Assembly: GCA_035255365.1 (NCBI GenBank) | Contig: DATEZS010000031.1 | Location: 12,940 to 76,939 of the forward strand | Source: Geothrix sp. | Lineage (GTDB): Bacteria > Acidobacteriota > Holophagae > Holophagales > Holophagaceae | Direction of reading: 5' to 3' | DNA: 64,000 nt | Shown: positions 19,056-31,022 of the stretch, piece by piece | Position numbering within the stretch: position 1 is the stretch's first letter | How the letters are laid out: each line of letters begins with the position of its first letter | Made by a program: the position numbers and the translations under genes | Notes under the pieces: model-generated | What the model was told of the DNA's origin: nothing | Database searches by the model: none | The model's input: the letters and a program-made list of their open reading frames with translations, nothing else

Positions 19056-19805
19056 TCAGGCTCCAAGGAAAAGACGGACCACCGCGAGAACCCCGTAGAC
19101 GATTCCCATGAATACGGGGCCGATGACATAGCCCAATGCCCCGGTCAGGGCGAGAACGATCAGGACACCGCCCATCCAGGGCTGGATGCGATCGAATTTC
19201 GGCAACAGGCGCCAGGGCAGCATCCCACGAAGGATGCCGGCGCCATCCAGAGGTCCCATGGGCAGAAGATTGAAGAGGGCGAGCCCCAGATTGATCAGCA
19301 CCAGGCGGCCGAAGAGCGCCAAAGCGAGGGTCATGCCTACGCCCAGCCCCAGGGCCTGCAGGCCTTCGACCTTCCCGGCGAACAAGGCATGGGCGAAGAG
19401 CCGCAGTTCCATCTCATGGGGGGGGGCGATGATCTTCACCAGGCCCATCAATAGCCCGATGAAGATGACCGCAAGCACCAGATTCGAGGCTGGTCCCGCG
19501 GCCGCCACAAGCGCATAGCCGCCCCGCTGCGTGAACCGGCGGGTCAGGTTCCTGGGATCCACGGGCACCGGTTTGGCCCAGCCAATGAAGGGAAAACCGG
19601 TGGCCATGCCGAGGATGGGGAAGATCACGGTGCCGAGCACATCAATGTGGGCCAGAGGGTTCAGGGTCATCCGCCCCAGCCGCGCGGCGGTGTCATCGCC
19701 AAGCTTGTAGGCCGCCGTGGCATGGCTGGCCTCATGGACGCTCAGGCTGAAAAGCAGCGCCACATAGCTGACCAGGATGGTGGGGATGGAAAGGCTTTCG
19801 AACAC
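19056..19805 (-). CDS. Site-2 protease (M50) family membrane protein
   Basis: HEASH zinc motif, GWAKPVPV, AAGPASN, FNLLPMGPLDG. Confidence 0.93.
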   Translation of the reverse strand: MFESLSIPTILVSYVALLFSLSVHEASHATAAYKLGDDTAARLGRMTLNPLAHIDVLGTVIFPILGMATGFPFIGWAKPVPVDPRNLTRRFTQRGGYALVAAAGPASNLVLAVIFIGLLMGLVKIIAPPHEMELRLFAHALFAGKVEGLQALGLGVGMTLALALFGRLVLINLGLALFNLLPMGPLDGAGILRGMLPWRLLPKFDRIQPWMGGVLIVLALTGALGYVIGPVFMGIVYGVLAVVRLFLGA

Positions 19806-19856
19806 CCGGACTCCGACAATCCTCCAGTTTACAGGCTAGGCGGCTCGCTATGCTGG

Positions 19857-21440
19857 ATGCATATCCGCTTGGAGCAACCGGTGTATCTGAAAGCCAACTC
19901 GCACGAGGCCACCCTGGCGGGCAAGACCATCATCGGTTTCAACCTGATCCATGGCCGGGAAGTGGAAGGCGACCTGGCGATGATTCAGGCCCGGTCCGCC
20001 GTGGACCGGCGCGATCTCGTGGGCATCTTCCCGGAAAGCGGGGAAAAGGATGTGGCCCGGGCGGCCAAGTCCGGCGCCGAGGCCTTCCACGCCTGGTCGC
20101 GCTTGCCCTTCGAGGCCCGGGCCAAGGTGCTCCGCCACGGTTTGGAACAACTGGAATCCCACCAGGAGAAGCTGGCCCGCATCCTCACCCGGGAAATCGG
20201 CCTCACCCGGGCTGAAGCCTTGGATGAGATCAAGGCGATCTTCACCCCCTTTCACCACCTCACCAAGGCCGGAAAACCTGCCGCAAGCGCCCCCCATCCG
20301 CCCCGACAGGCAGGCAAGGGCCCGCAGGTCCATCGCCGTCCCGTGGGCGTCTGCGGGGTGCTCACCTCGGGGGCATCCCCTCTGGCCGCGCCAGCCGCGC
20401 TGATCTTTCCCGCTTTGTTGGCGGGCAACACCGTGGTGTGGAAACCCAGCAGTCTCACGCCCACTTCCGCCTACCTCCTGGTGCGAACCCTGGCGGAAGC
20501 CGGCCTGCCTCCCGGTGTGATCAACACCCTCAATGGCCGGGGCCATGCCGCCACCGGCCGCCACTTCCTGGCGGGTCCCGAGAAGGGCCTTTTCCAGGGC
20601 TTCCTGTTCACGGGCTCGACTTCGGTGGCCCGGACCGTGGCGGAACACTGTGGACGCGGCCTGATCCATCCCACCCTCCACCTGGGCGCCGCGAACGCCA
20701 TGATCGTCATGCCCGACGCGGATCTGGACCAGGCGGTCCAGGACGCCCTCCGCGGAGCTTACGGGCGCGGCGGACAATGCGCGAGCAGCCTCGGCAACCT
20801 CATCGTTCACGAAAGCTGCCTCGACGGGCTTCGCCAGGGCCTTCTGGACGCTCTGGCCGAGCTGAAGGTGGGCAATCCCCTCACCCATCCCGAGGTCGCC
20901 TTCGGTCCGATGCTCCACAAACGCTTCGCCGAGGCTCAGCGGGCCCGCTGGGACTCGGGCGAGGAACATGGCGCGAACCTGCTCTGCGGAGGCACGTCCT
21001 GGACCGAGGACAATCGCGATGAGCGGGTCCTCGGCAACATCGCCCATGGTGCCTACAAGCAGCCAACCCTCTGGGACGCCGTGACCCCCGACATGGAGCT
21101 CTTCCAGGCCGAGAGTTTCGGCCCCAGCCTGAACCTCTGCGCGGTGCGGAATTTCGACGAGGCCATGACCTGGGCCAATAGCCTGCGCTCGGGCCGCGCC
21201 TGCAGTCTCTACACCCACACCCAAGCCTGGCTGGACCGTTTTCCCGCCGGGTCCCGGGCCGGTCTCACGGCCTTGAATGCCCTGCCCTCAGCCACAGACA
21301 CGGTGCTCTGGAATGGCGTCGGCACCCCAGAAGCAGAAGTGGGCATCACCACCAGCCAGTGGGTCCATGCCAAGCACGCCAACGCGGAGCCAGCCCAACC
21401 CGCCAAGCCCCTGCCAGCCACCGCCTGGGCGGAGCTCTAA
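19857..21440 (+). CDS. Aldehyde dehydrogenase family protein with degenerate catalytic motifs
   Basis: LLAGNTVVWKPS, GLPPGVIN, FTGST, DADLDQAV, ESFGP. Start uncertain (ATG 19857 or CTG 19914 after GAGG). Confidence 0.8.
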   Translation: MHIRLEQPVYLKANSHEATLAGKTIIGFNLIHGREVEGDLAMIQARSAVDRRDLVGIFPESGEKDVARAAKSGAEAFHAWSRLPFEARAKVLRHGLEQLESHQEKLARILTREIGLTRAEALDEIKAIFTPFHHLTKAGKPAASAPHPPRQAGKGPQVHRRPVGVCGVLTSGASPLAAPAALIFPALLAGNTVVWKPSSLTPTSAYLLVRTLAEAGLPPGVINTLNGRGHAATGRHFLAGPEKGLFQGFLFTGSTSVARTVAEHCGRGLIHPTLHLGAANAMIVMPDADLDQAVQDALRGAYGRGGQCASSLGNLIVHESCLDGLRQGLLDALAELKVGNPLTHPEVAFGPMLHKRFAEAQRARWDSGEEHGANLLCGGTSWTEDNRDERVLGNIAHGAYKQPTLWDAVTPDMELFQAESFGPSLNLCAVRNFDEAMTWANSLRSGRACSLYTHTQAWLDRFPAGSRAGLTALNALPSATDTVLWNGVGTPEAEVGITTSQWVHAKHANAEPAQPAKPLPATAWAEL

Positions 21441-21444
21441 AGCT

Positions 21445-22224
21445 CTAGAGTCCCAATTCGCGGAGTTCCCGGGCCAGGTCCCCCACGGGGCCATCCAGGA
21501 CCAGCCGCATCAGGAATTCCGAATTGCCTTCCCCGCCCTTGATGGGGCTCCAGGCCAAGGCGGCCGGCCGCAGGCGCGTCCCGGCGAAGAAGGCCCAGCT
21601 TTCCTCCAGCACCCGGCGGTGCACTTGCGCATCGCGCACGATGCCGCCGGCCCCCACATCTTCCCGCCCCGCTTCGAACTGGGGCTTCACCAGCAGCACC
21701 GCGTCGGCGCCGTCGGTCAGGCTCGGCAGCACCGGGGGAATGGCCAGGCGCAGGGAGATGAAGCTGAGGTCGGCCGCCAGGAGGCTGCACCGCTCGGGGA
21801 TGCGCGAGGGCTCCCAGGTACGCAGGTTCACTTGTTCCATGGAGACGACCCGGGGGTCGCTCCGCAGCTTCCAGTGCAGCTGATTGGTGCCCACATCCAC
21901 CGCATAGACTTTCACGGCCCCCCGCTGCAGCAGGCAATCCGTGAAGCCGCCCGTGCTGGCCCCCGCATCGAAGCAGACCCGGCCCGCCGGATCAATGTTC
22001 CAGCGATCCAGGGCGCCCGCCAGCTTCAGCCCGCCCCGGCTCACGAAGGGCAGCGCCTCCCCCCGGAGGCGGATCAGGGCCGATTCCTCCACGGCGGTGC
22101 CCGCCTTGGTGACAGGGCGATCCTCCACCAGCACCTCCCCAGCCAGAATCCGGGCCTGGGCTTTGGCCCGGGTCTCGCAAAAGCCCAGGTCCACCAACAG
22201 GAGATCCAGCCTTTTCTTAACCAT
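21445..22224 (-). CDS. tlyA: TlyA-family rRNA methyltransferase
   Basis: KRLDLLL S4 domain, VSRGGLKL, DAGASTGGFTD, DLSFISL, VKPQFE. Confidence 0.93.
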   Translation of the reverse strand: MVKKRLDLLLVDLGFCETRAKAQARILAGEVLVEDRPVTKAGTAVEESALIRLRGEALPFVSRGGLKLAGALDRWNIDPAGRVCFDAGASTGGFTDCLLQRGAVKVYAVDVGTNQLHWKLRSDPRVVSMEQVNLRTWEPSRIPERCSLLAADLSFISLRLAIPPVLPSLTDGADAVLLVKPQFEAGREDVGAGGIVRDAQVHRRVLEESWAFFAGTRLRPAALAWSPIKGGEGNSEFLMRLVLDGPVGDLARELRELGL

Positions 22225-23233
22225 GGGAGGCTGTTTTCTGGCGGCGGATTTCCTGGCGGTAAGCGAACACGTTGCGGTTGTGGTCCCGCAGGGTGGCCGC
22301 GAACCGGTGTCCGCCTTTGCCTGTGGCCACGAAGTAGAGGTCGCGGGTCGTTTCGGGAGCCTTGGCCGCCTCGATGGCGCTGGCGCTGGGGATGGCGATG
22401 GGAGTCGGCGGAAAGCCCACGAAGGTGTAGGTGTTGAAGGGATGGACGCGGTGGATGTCCTCCGCCAAGGGCGCCGTGAACCGCACATCGCCGCTGAGCC
22501 AGCGGGCGTAGAGGCTCGTGGGATCGCACTGCAGCCGCATGCCGATCTTGTAGCGGTTCTCGTAGACGCCCGCCACCTTCGGTTGTTCCTCCACCAGTCT
22601 GGTCTCCTTCTCCACGAGGCTGGCCAGGATCAGGGTCTCGTAGGGCGGCAGCACGCCCCCCTCCAATGTCGGCCGCACCTGCCCATGGAAGGCCTCCACG
22701 AGCATGAGCATGATCTCCTCGGGTTCCATGGCGTGGTGCAGCTTGTAGGTGGCGGGGGCCACCAGCCCTTCCAGGCTCTCCGCCTGCTCGAAGCCTGCGG
22801 TTTTCGCCAGGCGTGGGCTCTTCCAGAGCTTCCAGAAGATGTCCTCAGGGATGAAGTCCTTCAATTTCTTCTGCACGGACCAGGCATTGGAACCTTCGAT
22901 GATCGAGACGGCCGTGAAGTGGATGTCCGCCCGGCGGAGCTTCCCGGCCACGTCCGCAAGACTGGCCCGGGGGCTGAAGGTGTACTCGCCGCGGATGAGC
23001 TGGAGCTTGCGGGACCGGGCCCACAGCTTGAAGATCGAAGCGGAGCGGATCACCCCGTCCCGCTCCAGCTGATCGGCGATCTGGTTGATGCTGGTCCCCT
23101 TCCTCACCAGGACCGTGGCCTCCTGTTGGAGGGGTCCCTGTCCTTTCCAGGCCCACCAGCCCCCCAAAGCGGGGAGGGCCGCCAGGATCAGGGTGGCCAC
23201 GAAGAACCGGAGGGAAATCGAGGAACGAGCCAT
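22217..23233 (-). CDS. mltG: Endolytic transglycosylase MltG
   Basis: N-terminal TM helix, LEG...PATY, LASLVEKET, LQCDPT, FNTY...GFPPTPI. Confidence 0.93.
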   Translation of the reverse strand: MARSSISLRFFVATLILAALPALGGWWAWKGQGPLQQEATVLVRKGTSINQIADQLERDGVIRSASIFKLWARSRKLQLIRGEYTFSPRASLADVAGKLRRADIHFTAVSIIEGSNAWSVQKKLKDFIPEDIFWKLWKSPRLAKTAGFEQAESLEGLVAPATYKLHHAMEPEEIMLMLVEAFHGQVRPTLEGGVLPPYETLILASLVEKETRLVEEQPKVAGVYENRYKIGMRLQCDPTSLYARWLSGDVRFTAPLAEDIHRVHPFNTYTFVGFPPTPIAIPSASAIEAAKAPETTRDLYFVATGKGGHRFAATLRDHNRNVFAYRQEIRRQKTASHG

Positions 23234-23285
23234 GACTCCAGCATGCCGTGATAGCGTGGTTCCATCTACTCCACTTGAGGATTCT

Positions 23286-24722
23286 ATGACCGCAACCGGC
23301 TATCGGCGCCAAGTCGGCCTGTTCTCCGCCACGATGCTCATCGCCGGCTCCATGATCGGCAGTGGCGTCTTCATCGTTGCCGCCGACATGGTGCGCACGG
23401 GCCACTCCAGCGGATTCCTGCTGGCCGCCTGGGGGCTCACGGCGGTGCTCACCCTCTTCGCGGCCCTGAGCTACGGCGAGCTGGCGGGCATGTTCCCCCA
23501 GGCGGGCGGCCAATACACCTACCTCCGGGAGACCTACGGCGCTGCCACTGGCTTCCTCTACGGGTGGACCTTCTTCGTCGTCATCGAATGCGGCACCATC
23601 GCCGCCGTGGCCGTGGGCTTCGGGAAGTATCTGGGCTCGTTCTTCCCGGCGGTCACGGATACGGCCTGGATCGGCCCCCACCTGGATGTGCCCCTCATGA
23701 AGATCACCCAGGCCATCAGCCTGGGACCCTATCACCTGGGCCTAACGCCCTCGCGGCTGTCCGGCATCGCCGTGGTGGTCCTGCTCAGCGCTGTCAATCT
23801 CTATGGCGTGAAGCTGGGCGCCCGCATCCAGAACCTGTTCACCGTGGCCAAGATCGGCGGGCTCGCAGCCCTCATCCTGCTGGGGCTGCTGCTGAAGCCG
23901 GCGGTCGCCGCCGTCCAGACACCCTTCGTCCCCCTGCCTGGCGGCGAGACCCTGCCCTTCCTCACCGCGTTGCTGGTGGTCCAGACCGGGAGCATGTTCT
24001 CGGCGGACGCCTGGAACGCCATCACCTTCATCGCCGGCGAGGTGAAGGAACCGAAGAAGACCATTCCTTACTCCCTCCTCATCGGCACCACCCTGGTCTG
24101 CGGCCTGTATATCCTGGCCAACGCCGCCTACCTGAAGGTCCTCGGCCCCACGGGCATCGCCAACGCCCCCCAGGACCGCGTGGGCACGGCAGCCCTGCAG
24201 GCCCTGCTGGGCTCCGGCGGCGGTCTCATCATGGCGGGCAGCATCCTCATCTCCATGTTCGGCTGCCTGAACGGGCTGGTGCTCTCCGGGGCCAGGGTCT
24301 ACCAGCGCATGGCCGAGGATGGGCTCTTCCATCCGAAGGTCGCCACGCTCAATGATCACGGGGTCCCGGCCTTCGGACTCTGGATCCAGGCCATCTGGAC
24401 CTGCCTGCTGACCCTCACGGGAACCTACGGGCAGCTCCTCGACTTCGTGATGCTGCCGACGATCCTCTTTTATGTCTTCACCGTCGGAGGGGTCTTCCTG
24501 CTCCGCTGGCGTCGCCCCGACCTGGAGCGCCCTGTCCGCGTCTGGGGCTACCCCGCGGTGCCGGCGCTCTACCTGGTGGGCGCCTGCGCCATCGTCGTGG
24601 CCCTGTTCATCCATCGCCCCAGCTATTCCTGGCCTGGACTCGTGCTGGTCGCCCTGGGCTGGCCCGCCTACCTGTGGATCAAACCCCAGGTGCCGCCGGA
24701 GCTGGTGCCGACCGAGCCTTAA
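23286..24722 (+). CDS. APC-family amino acid permease
   Basis: GSMIGSGVF, YGELAGMFPQAGG.Y.YL, about 12 hydrophobic segments. ATG at 23286 after GAGG. Confidence 0.92.
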   Translation: MTATGYRRQVGLFSATMLIAGSMIGSGVFIVAADMVRTGHSSGFLLAAWGLTAVLTLFAALSYGELAGMFPQAGGQYTYLRETYGAATGFLYGWTFFVVIECGTIAAVAVGFGKYLGSFFPAVTDTAWIGPHLDVPLMKITQAISLGPYHLGLTPSRLSGIAVVVLLSAVNLYGVKLGARIQNLFTVAKIGGLAALILLGLLLKPAVAAVQTPFVPLPGGETLPFLTALLVVQTGSMFSADAWNAITFIAGEVKEPKKTIPYSLLIGTTLVCGLYILANAAYLKVLGPTGIANAPQDRVGTAALQALLGSGGGLIMAGSILISMFGCLNGLVLSGARVYQRMAEDGLFHPKVATLNDHGVPAFGLWIQAIWTCLLTLTGTYGQLLDFVMLPTILFYVFTVGGVFLLRWRRPDLERPVRVWGYPAVPALYLVGACAIVVALFIHRPSYSWPGLVLVALGWPAYLWIKPQVPPELVPTEP

Positions 24723-24813
24723 TTCTTGTTACAGAGTGTCAAATTTCGGGACTTTGGCATCCCGGGAATCCCCTCCACCCTGGCTAGATCGAGATAGGAA
24801 TCAGGAGTCAGCC

Positions 24814-25935
24814 ATGCTGCATGTCGTTGTTCTCGGAGCCGGTCGCGTTGGCGGCACCATGGCGCTGGATCTGGCCAAGGATTTCAAGGTCACCGTCGCC
24901 GACCGGTCGGAAACGGCTCTGGCGCGGCTGTCCTCAAGCAGCCTCACCACCCGCCTGGCGGACCTCTCCGATCCCGCCGGAGTCCAGAAGGCCGTGGCAG
25001 ACGCGGACCTGGTCGTGGGCGCCGTACCGGGCTTCATGGGCTTCGCCACGGCCAAGGCCGTGCTGGAAGCGGGCAAGACCCTGGTGGACATCTCCTTCTT
25101 CGACCAGGACTGCTTCGAGCTCGACGAACTGGCCAAAGCCAGGAACCTCATGGCCATCGTGGACTGCGGCGTGGCTCCTGGCTGCGACAACCTCATCCTC
25201 GGCGATGCCGCCCGCCAGTGGGACAGCATCTCCACCTTCGAATGCCTCGTGGGCGGCCTGCCCGTGGTGCGCACCTGGCCTTACGAGTACAAGGCGGGTT
25301 TCAGCCCCATCGATGTGGTCGAGGAATACACCCGCCCCGCCCGCTACGTGAAGGACGGCAAGGTGGTGACGTTCCCGGCGCTCTCGGAACCGGAGCTGCT
25401 GGACTTCGAGGGGCTAGGCACCCTGGAATCCTTCAATTCGGACGGCCTGCGCAGCATCATCAAGAGCTTCCCCCAGGTTCCCGACATGAAGGAGAAGACT
25501 CTCCGCTATCCCGGCCATATCGAGAAGATGCGCATGCTGCGGGAATCCGGGTTCTTCAACAAGGAGAAAATCCGGGTGGCCGGCGTGGACATCAGCCCCC
25601 TGGACCTGACCACCGCCCTGCTCTTCCCCATGTGGTTCATGCAGGAAGGCGATGAGGACTTCACGGTCATGCGGGTCACCGTGGAAGGCGAAAAGAATGG
25701 CCAGCGGGTGCGCAAGGAACTGAACCTCCTCGACCGCTACGACCGTGCCACGAAGACCACCTCCATGGCGAGGACCACGGGCTATACCTGCACGGCGGCC
25801 GTGCGCCTCGTGGCCAAGGGCGGTTTCTCCCGCAAGGGCGTCAACCCTCCGGAATTCGTGGGCCAGGAGCCCGGCGCCTGGGACTTCATCCGCGAGGATC
25901 TGGCCAAGCACGGGGTTCTATTCACCGAAGGTTGA
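24814..25935 (+). CDS. Saccharopine dehydrogenase family protein (lysine 6-dehydrogenase-like)
   Basis: GAGRVG, DCGVAPG, VGGLP, EEYTRPAR, EKTLRYPGH, SMARTTGY. ATG at 24814 after AGGAG. Confidence 0.88.
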   Translation: MLHVVVLGAGRVGGTMALDLAKDFKVTVADRSETALARLSSSSLTTRLADLSDPAGVQKAVADADLVVGAVPGFMGFATAKAVLEAGKTLVDISFFDQDCFELDELAKARNLMAIVDCGVAPGCDNLILGDAARQWDSISTFECLVGGLPVVRTWPYEYKAGFSPIDVVEEYTRPARYVKDGKVVTFPALSEPELLDFEGLGTLESFNSDGLRSIIKSFPQVPDMKEKTLRYPGHIEKMRMLRESGFFNKEKIRVAGVDISPLDLTTALLFPMWFMQEGDEDFTVMRVTVEGEKNGQRVRKELNLLDRYDRATKTTSMARTTGYTCTAAVRLVAKGGFSRKGVNPPEFVGQEPGAWDFIREDLAKHGVLFTEG

Positions 25936-25938
25936 GCT

Positions 25939-26790
25939 TCAACCTTCCAGTTCCCGATGCCGAATGCGCAGCGCGGTCACATCCTGCTTCAACCGCTGCC
26001 CCAGCAATTCCACCAAGGCCACCGACCGGTGCTGTCCACCGGTGCATCCGATGGCAAGCGTGTGGTAGGCCCGGCCTTCCTGCTGCACCAGCGGCAGTGA
26101 CCAGCGCAGCCAGGCCTCGGTGCGTTCCAGAAACTCCCTGAAATCCTGGCTCGCAAGCAGATATTCCTGCACCTCGGGATCCCGCCCCGTCAGCGGTTTC
26201 AGGGCATCCACATAGTAAGGGTTCGGGAGGAAGCGCGCGTCCAGCACCACATCCGCATCGGCCGGGACCCCCCGCTTGAACCCGAAACTCAGGAGCCGCA
26301 CTGCCGTGATGGGGCTCGTCACCTCCGGAATGAGGTGGGCGATCCGGAGCCGCAATTCCGAGAGACTCAGGCGACTCGTATCCAGGATCGTCGTGGCCAG
26401 GGACCTGATGGGAGCCAGGATTTCCCGCTCCCGCTGGATGCCTTCATCGGCGGACCCGAGCAGGGCCAGGTGATGAGGTCTCCGGGTTTCGGAAAACCTG
26501 CGGTGGAGGATCTCGTCGTTTGCTTCCACGAAGACGACCTGGACGCGCACAAACCGGCTTTGAAGCCGGTCCAGGAGCGGCTGGAGCTCCTCGACGAAAT
26601 CCGGCTGCCGACTGTCCATGCCGATGACCAGGCGGTTCCGGGTGGGGAGCAACTTGCCTTCCAACTCCAGAAGCGGTTCCACGAGCCTCGGCGGCACATT
26701 GTCCAGCGCCGTGCAGCCGGAATCCTCCAGTACACCTAGAACCGAGTGCCGCCCTGCCCCCGAAAGACCTGTGACGATGATGAGTTCCAT
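25939..26790 (-). CDS. rapZ: RNase adapter RapZ (YvcJ/YhbJ)
   Basis: TGLSGAGR, DNVP, FSETRRPH, SFGFKRG, DARFLPNP, GCTGGQHRSV. Confidence 0.94.
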   Translation of the reverse strand: MELIIVTGLSGAGRHSVLGVLEDSGCTALDNVPPRLVEPLLELEGKLLPTRNRLVIGMDSRQPDFVEELQPLLDRLQSRFVRVQVVFVEANDEILHRRFSETRRPHHLALLGSADEGIQREREILAPIRSLATTILDTSRLSLSELRLRIAHLIPEVTSPITAVRLLSFGFKRGVPADADVVLDARFLPNPYYVDALKPLTGRDPEVQEYLLASQDFREFLERTEAWLRWSLPLVQQEGRAYHTLAIGCTGGQHRSVALVELLGQRLKQDVTALRIRHRELEG

Positions 26791-26828
26791 AACCTGAAAC
26801 CCTAGCAGGGCCGAAGGCTACACCCAAG

Positions 26829-26865
26829 AAAAACGCAGGGGGCCGATGGACCCCCTGCGTTTTTT
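26829..26865. terminator. Intrinsic terminator downstream of secA
   Basis: AAAAACGCAGGGGG...CCCCCTGCGTTTTT hairpin with A/T tails on both sides. Confidence 0.8.
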
Positions 26866-26888
26866 CCTGGTTGGTTGGCCCTGGAAGC

Positions 26889-29507
<2,619 letters not shown>

Positions 29508-29645
29508 GAAGCCGTCCGATCGCGTAAACCTCGATTGTACCGTGCCCTGACCACTTTTCCCAGCGTCAGCCTGTCAGCGGAAGGATCCTTGGTTGCCGAA
29601 GTTACCAGCCCGGGGCACACTAATCGTTTGGATTCTGGAGGAATC

Positions 29646-30065
29646 ATGGCCCTGGAACGGACCTTTGCCATCATCAAGCCCGATGCCGTCAAGGACGGCC
29701 ATGTCGGTGAAATCATCACGGCCATCGAGCAGAGCGGACTGAAGATCGTCGGCCTCAAGCTGACCCGCCTCACTCCCGCCATCTGCAAGGGTTTCTACCA
29801 TGAGCATGTCGGCAAGGGCTTCTACGCCGAGCTGGAAGCCTTCATGACCGAAGGCCCCGTGGCCATCATGGTGCTGGAGGGCGAGAACGCCATCCTGGGC
29901 TGGCGCGACCTCATGGGCGCCACCAACCCCGCCAACGCCGCCGAAGGCACACTGCGCAAGCGCTTCGGCGCCAGCATCGGCCGCAACGCCACCCACGGCA
30001 GCGACAAGCCAGAGAGCGCCCAGTTCGAAGTCAGCTACTTCTTCAACGCATTTGAACAGATGTAA
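29646..30065 (+). CDS. ndk: Nucleoside-diphosphate kinase
   Basis: ERTFAIIKPDAV...GATNP...GTLR...NATHGSD. ATG at 29646 after GGAGGA; last 139 aa of the 965-aa track ORF. Confidence 0.97.
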   Translation: MALERTFAIIKPDAVKDGHVGEIITAIEQSGLKIVGLKLTRLTPAICKGFYHEHVGKGFYAELEAFMTEGPVAIMVLEGENAILGWRDLMGATNPANAAEGTLRKRFGASIGRNATHGSDKPESAQFEVSYFFNAFEQM

Positions 30066-30086
30066 CCGACCGCCGGTCCCCAGGCT

Positions 30087-30222
30087 CAGACGACTTGATG
30101 TCGTCTGAGCCTGGCGGGACCGGCGAGGAGGTTATGCCACTTCGACCGCCTGCCTCAAACCCAGACGACTTGAGGTCGTCTGAGCCTGGTGGGACCGGCG
30201 AGGAGGTTATGCCACTTCGACC
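30087..30222. repeat. Two 61-bp direct repeats (75-bp period) with an internal hairpin
   Basis: Copies 30087-30147 and 30162-30222 differ at 2 positions. The first copy is part of a long hairpin spanning 30071-30125. Confidence 0.9.
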
Positions 30223-30277
30223 ATGAAAAATCGGCGCCCCTGGCGCCAATTTACATAAAGAGGGTCTGCCATGGAGG

Positions 30278-30751
30278 TCATCCCTCCTTCACTTCCTGGA
30301 GAGCTGACTGGCAAAGCCGACGAACGCCAGGGAGCATGTCCAGACTCTGGAGGCCCTGCTCGCCGACCCACTGGCCGCCGGGTGGGGGCGGCGGCAGCTG
30401 GTTTTCCGGCGCCTTGGTGCGGAGCAGGTGGGAAAGGTAGAGGCGCTGTTGGCCCTCAAGGCCTTCCAGCCTGAGCAGCCAAGGGGTCGGGAGACGACTG
30501 GTCCGTTCGTCGAAGACCACCGGCAGCACCGAGTGGTCCACGAAGCGGAAAGGCACGCCCCAGGCCACTTCGATCTGCGCGTTCAGGAGGGCCGTGGGCA
30601 GGAATCCCGGAGCCCAGGGGATCTGCGCGGGCATGAGCAGGCCTCGGTGCGGGCTGTGCGGGGACGGGACCAGCAGGACGAAGGGAGTCTCCTGCCCATG
30701 CACCAGCACCCCTTCGATGAATGTCGTGAGGTGAACCCGTCCTTCGGCCAT
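30278..30751 (-). CDS. Hypothetical protein downstream of proS
   Basis: 157-aa ORF. ATG is preceded by GGGAGG supplied by the MITE end. No family recognised. Confidence 0.65.
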   Translation of the reverse strand: MAEGRVHLTTFIEGVLVHGQETPFVLLVPSPHSPHRGLLMPAQIPWAPGFLPTALLNAQIEVAWGVPFRFVDHSVLPVVFDERTSRLPTPWLLRLEGLEGQQRLYLSHLLRTKAPENQLPPPPPGGQWVGEQGLQSLDMLPGVRRLCQSALQEVKEG

Positions 30752-30753
30752 TA

Positions 30754-31022
30754 GGGCCTCCCTTCAAATTGGATGTGAGCCGCGACGCTGGCCAGCCGCG
30801 CCACTGGCAAGGCGTCGGCCGAAGGGCGAGGCGGGACATCGTTCAAGGCCGACAATGCAGCCAGGGGTGCGGCTGGCCACGTCCCGAAGGGCAAGGCGTG
30901 GCGCCCGGCGCGATACCACGTCGAACTCCTCGCCGATAGTACCGCTATCGCCATCGTCGTTCTCCTTGTCTCGCTTGGGCGGCACCCCTTGCGCGGCCGC
31001 ACCTCAATTTGAAGGGAGGCCC
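30754..31022. mobile_element. MITE (non-autonomous miniature inverted-repeat element), 269 bp
   Basis: Perfect 18-bp terminal inverted repeats GGGCCTCCCTTCAAATTG (30754-30771) and CAATTTGAAGGGAGGCCC (31005-31022), flanked by TA on both sides; no transposase. Confidence 0.88.

Noticed and set aside
30087-30222. Possible CRISPR array
   Set aside because: Only two repeats, 61 bp long with a 14-bp gap, and no cas genes in the window.
30751-31002. 83-aa ORF inside the MITE as a transposase
   Set aside because: Too short and no DDE or HUH motif. It is mentioned only for its stop/start overlap.
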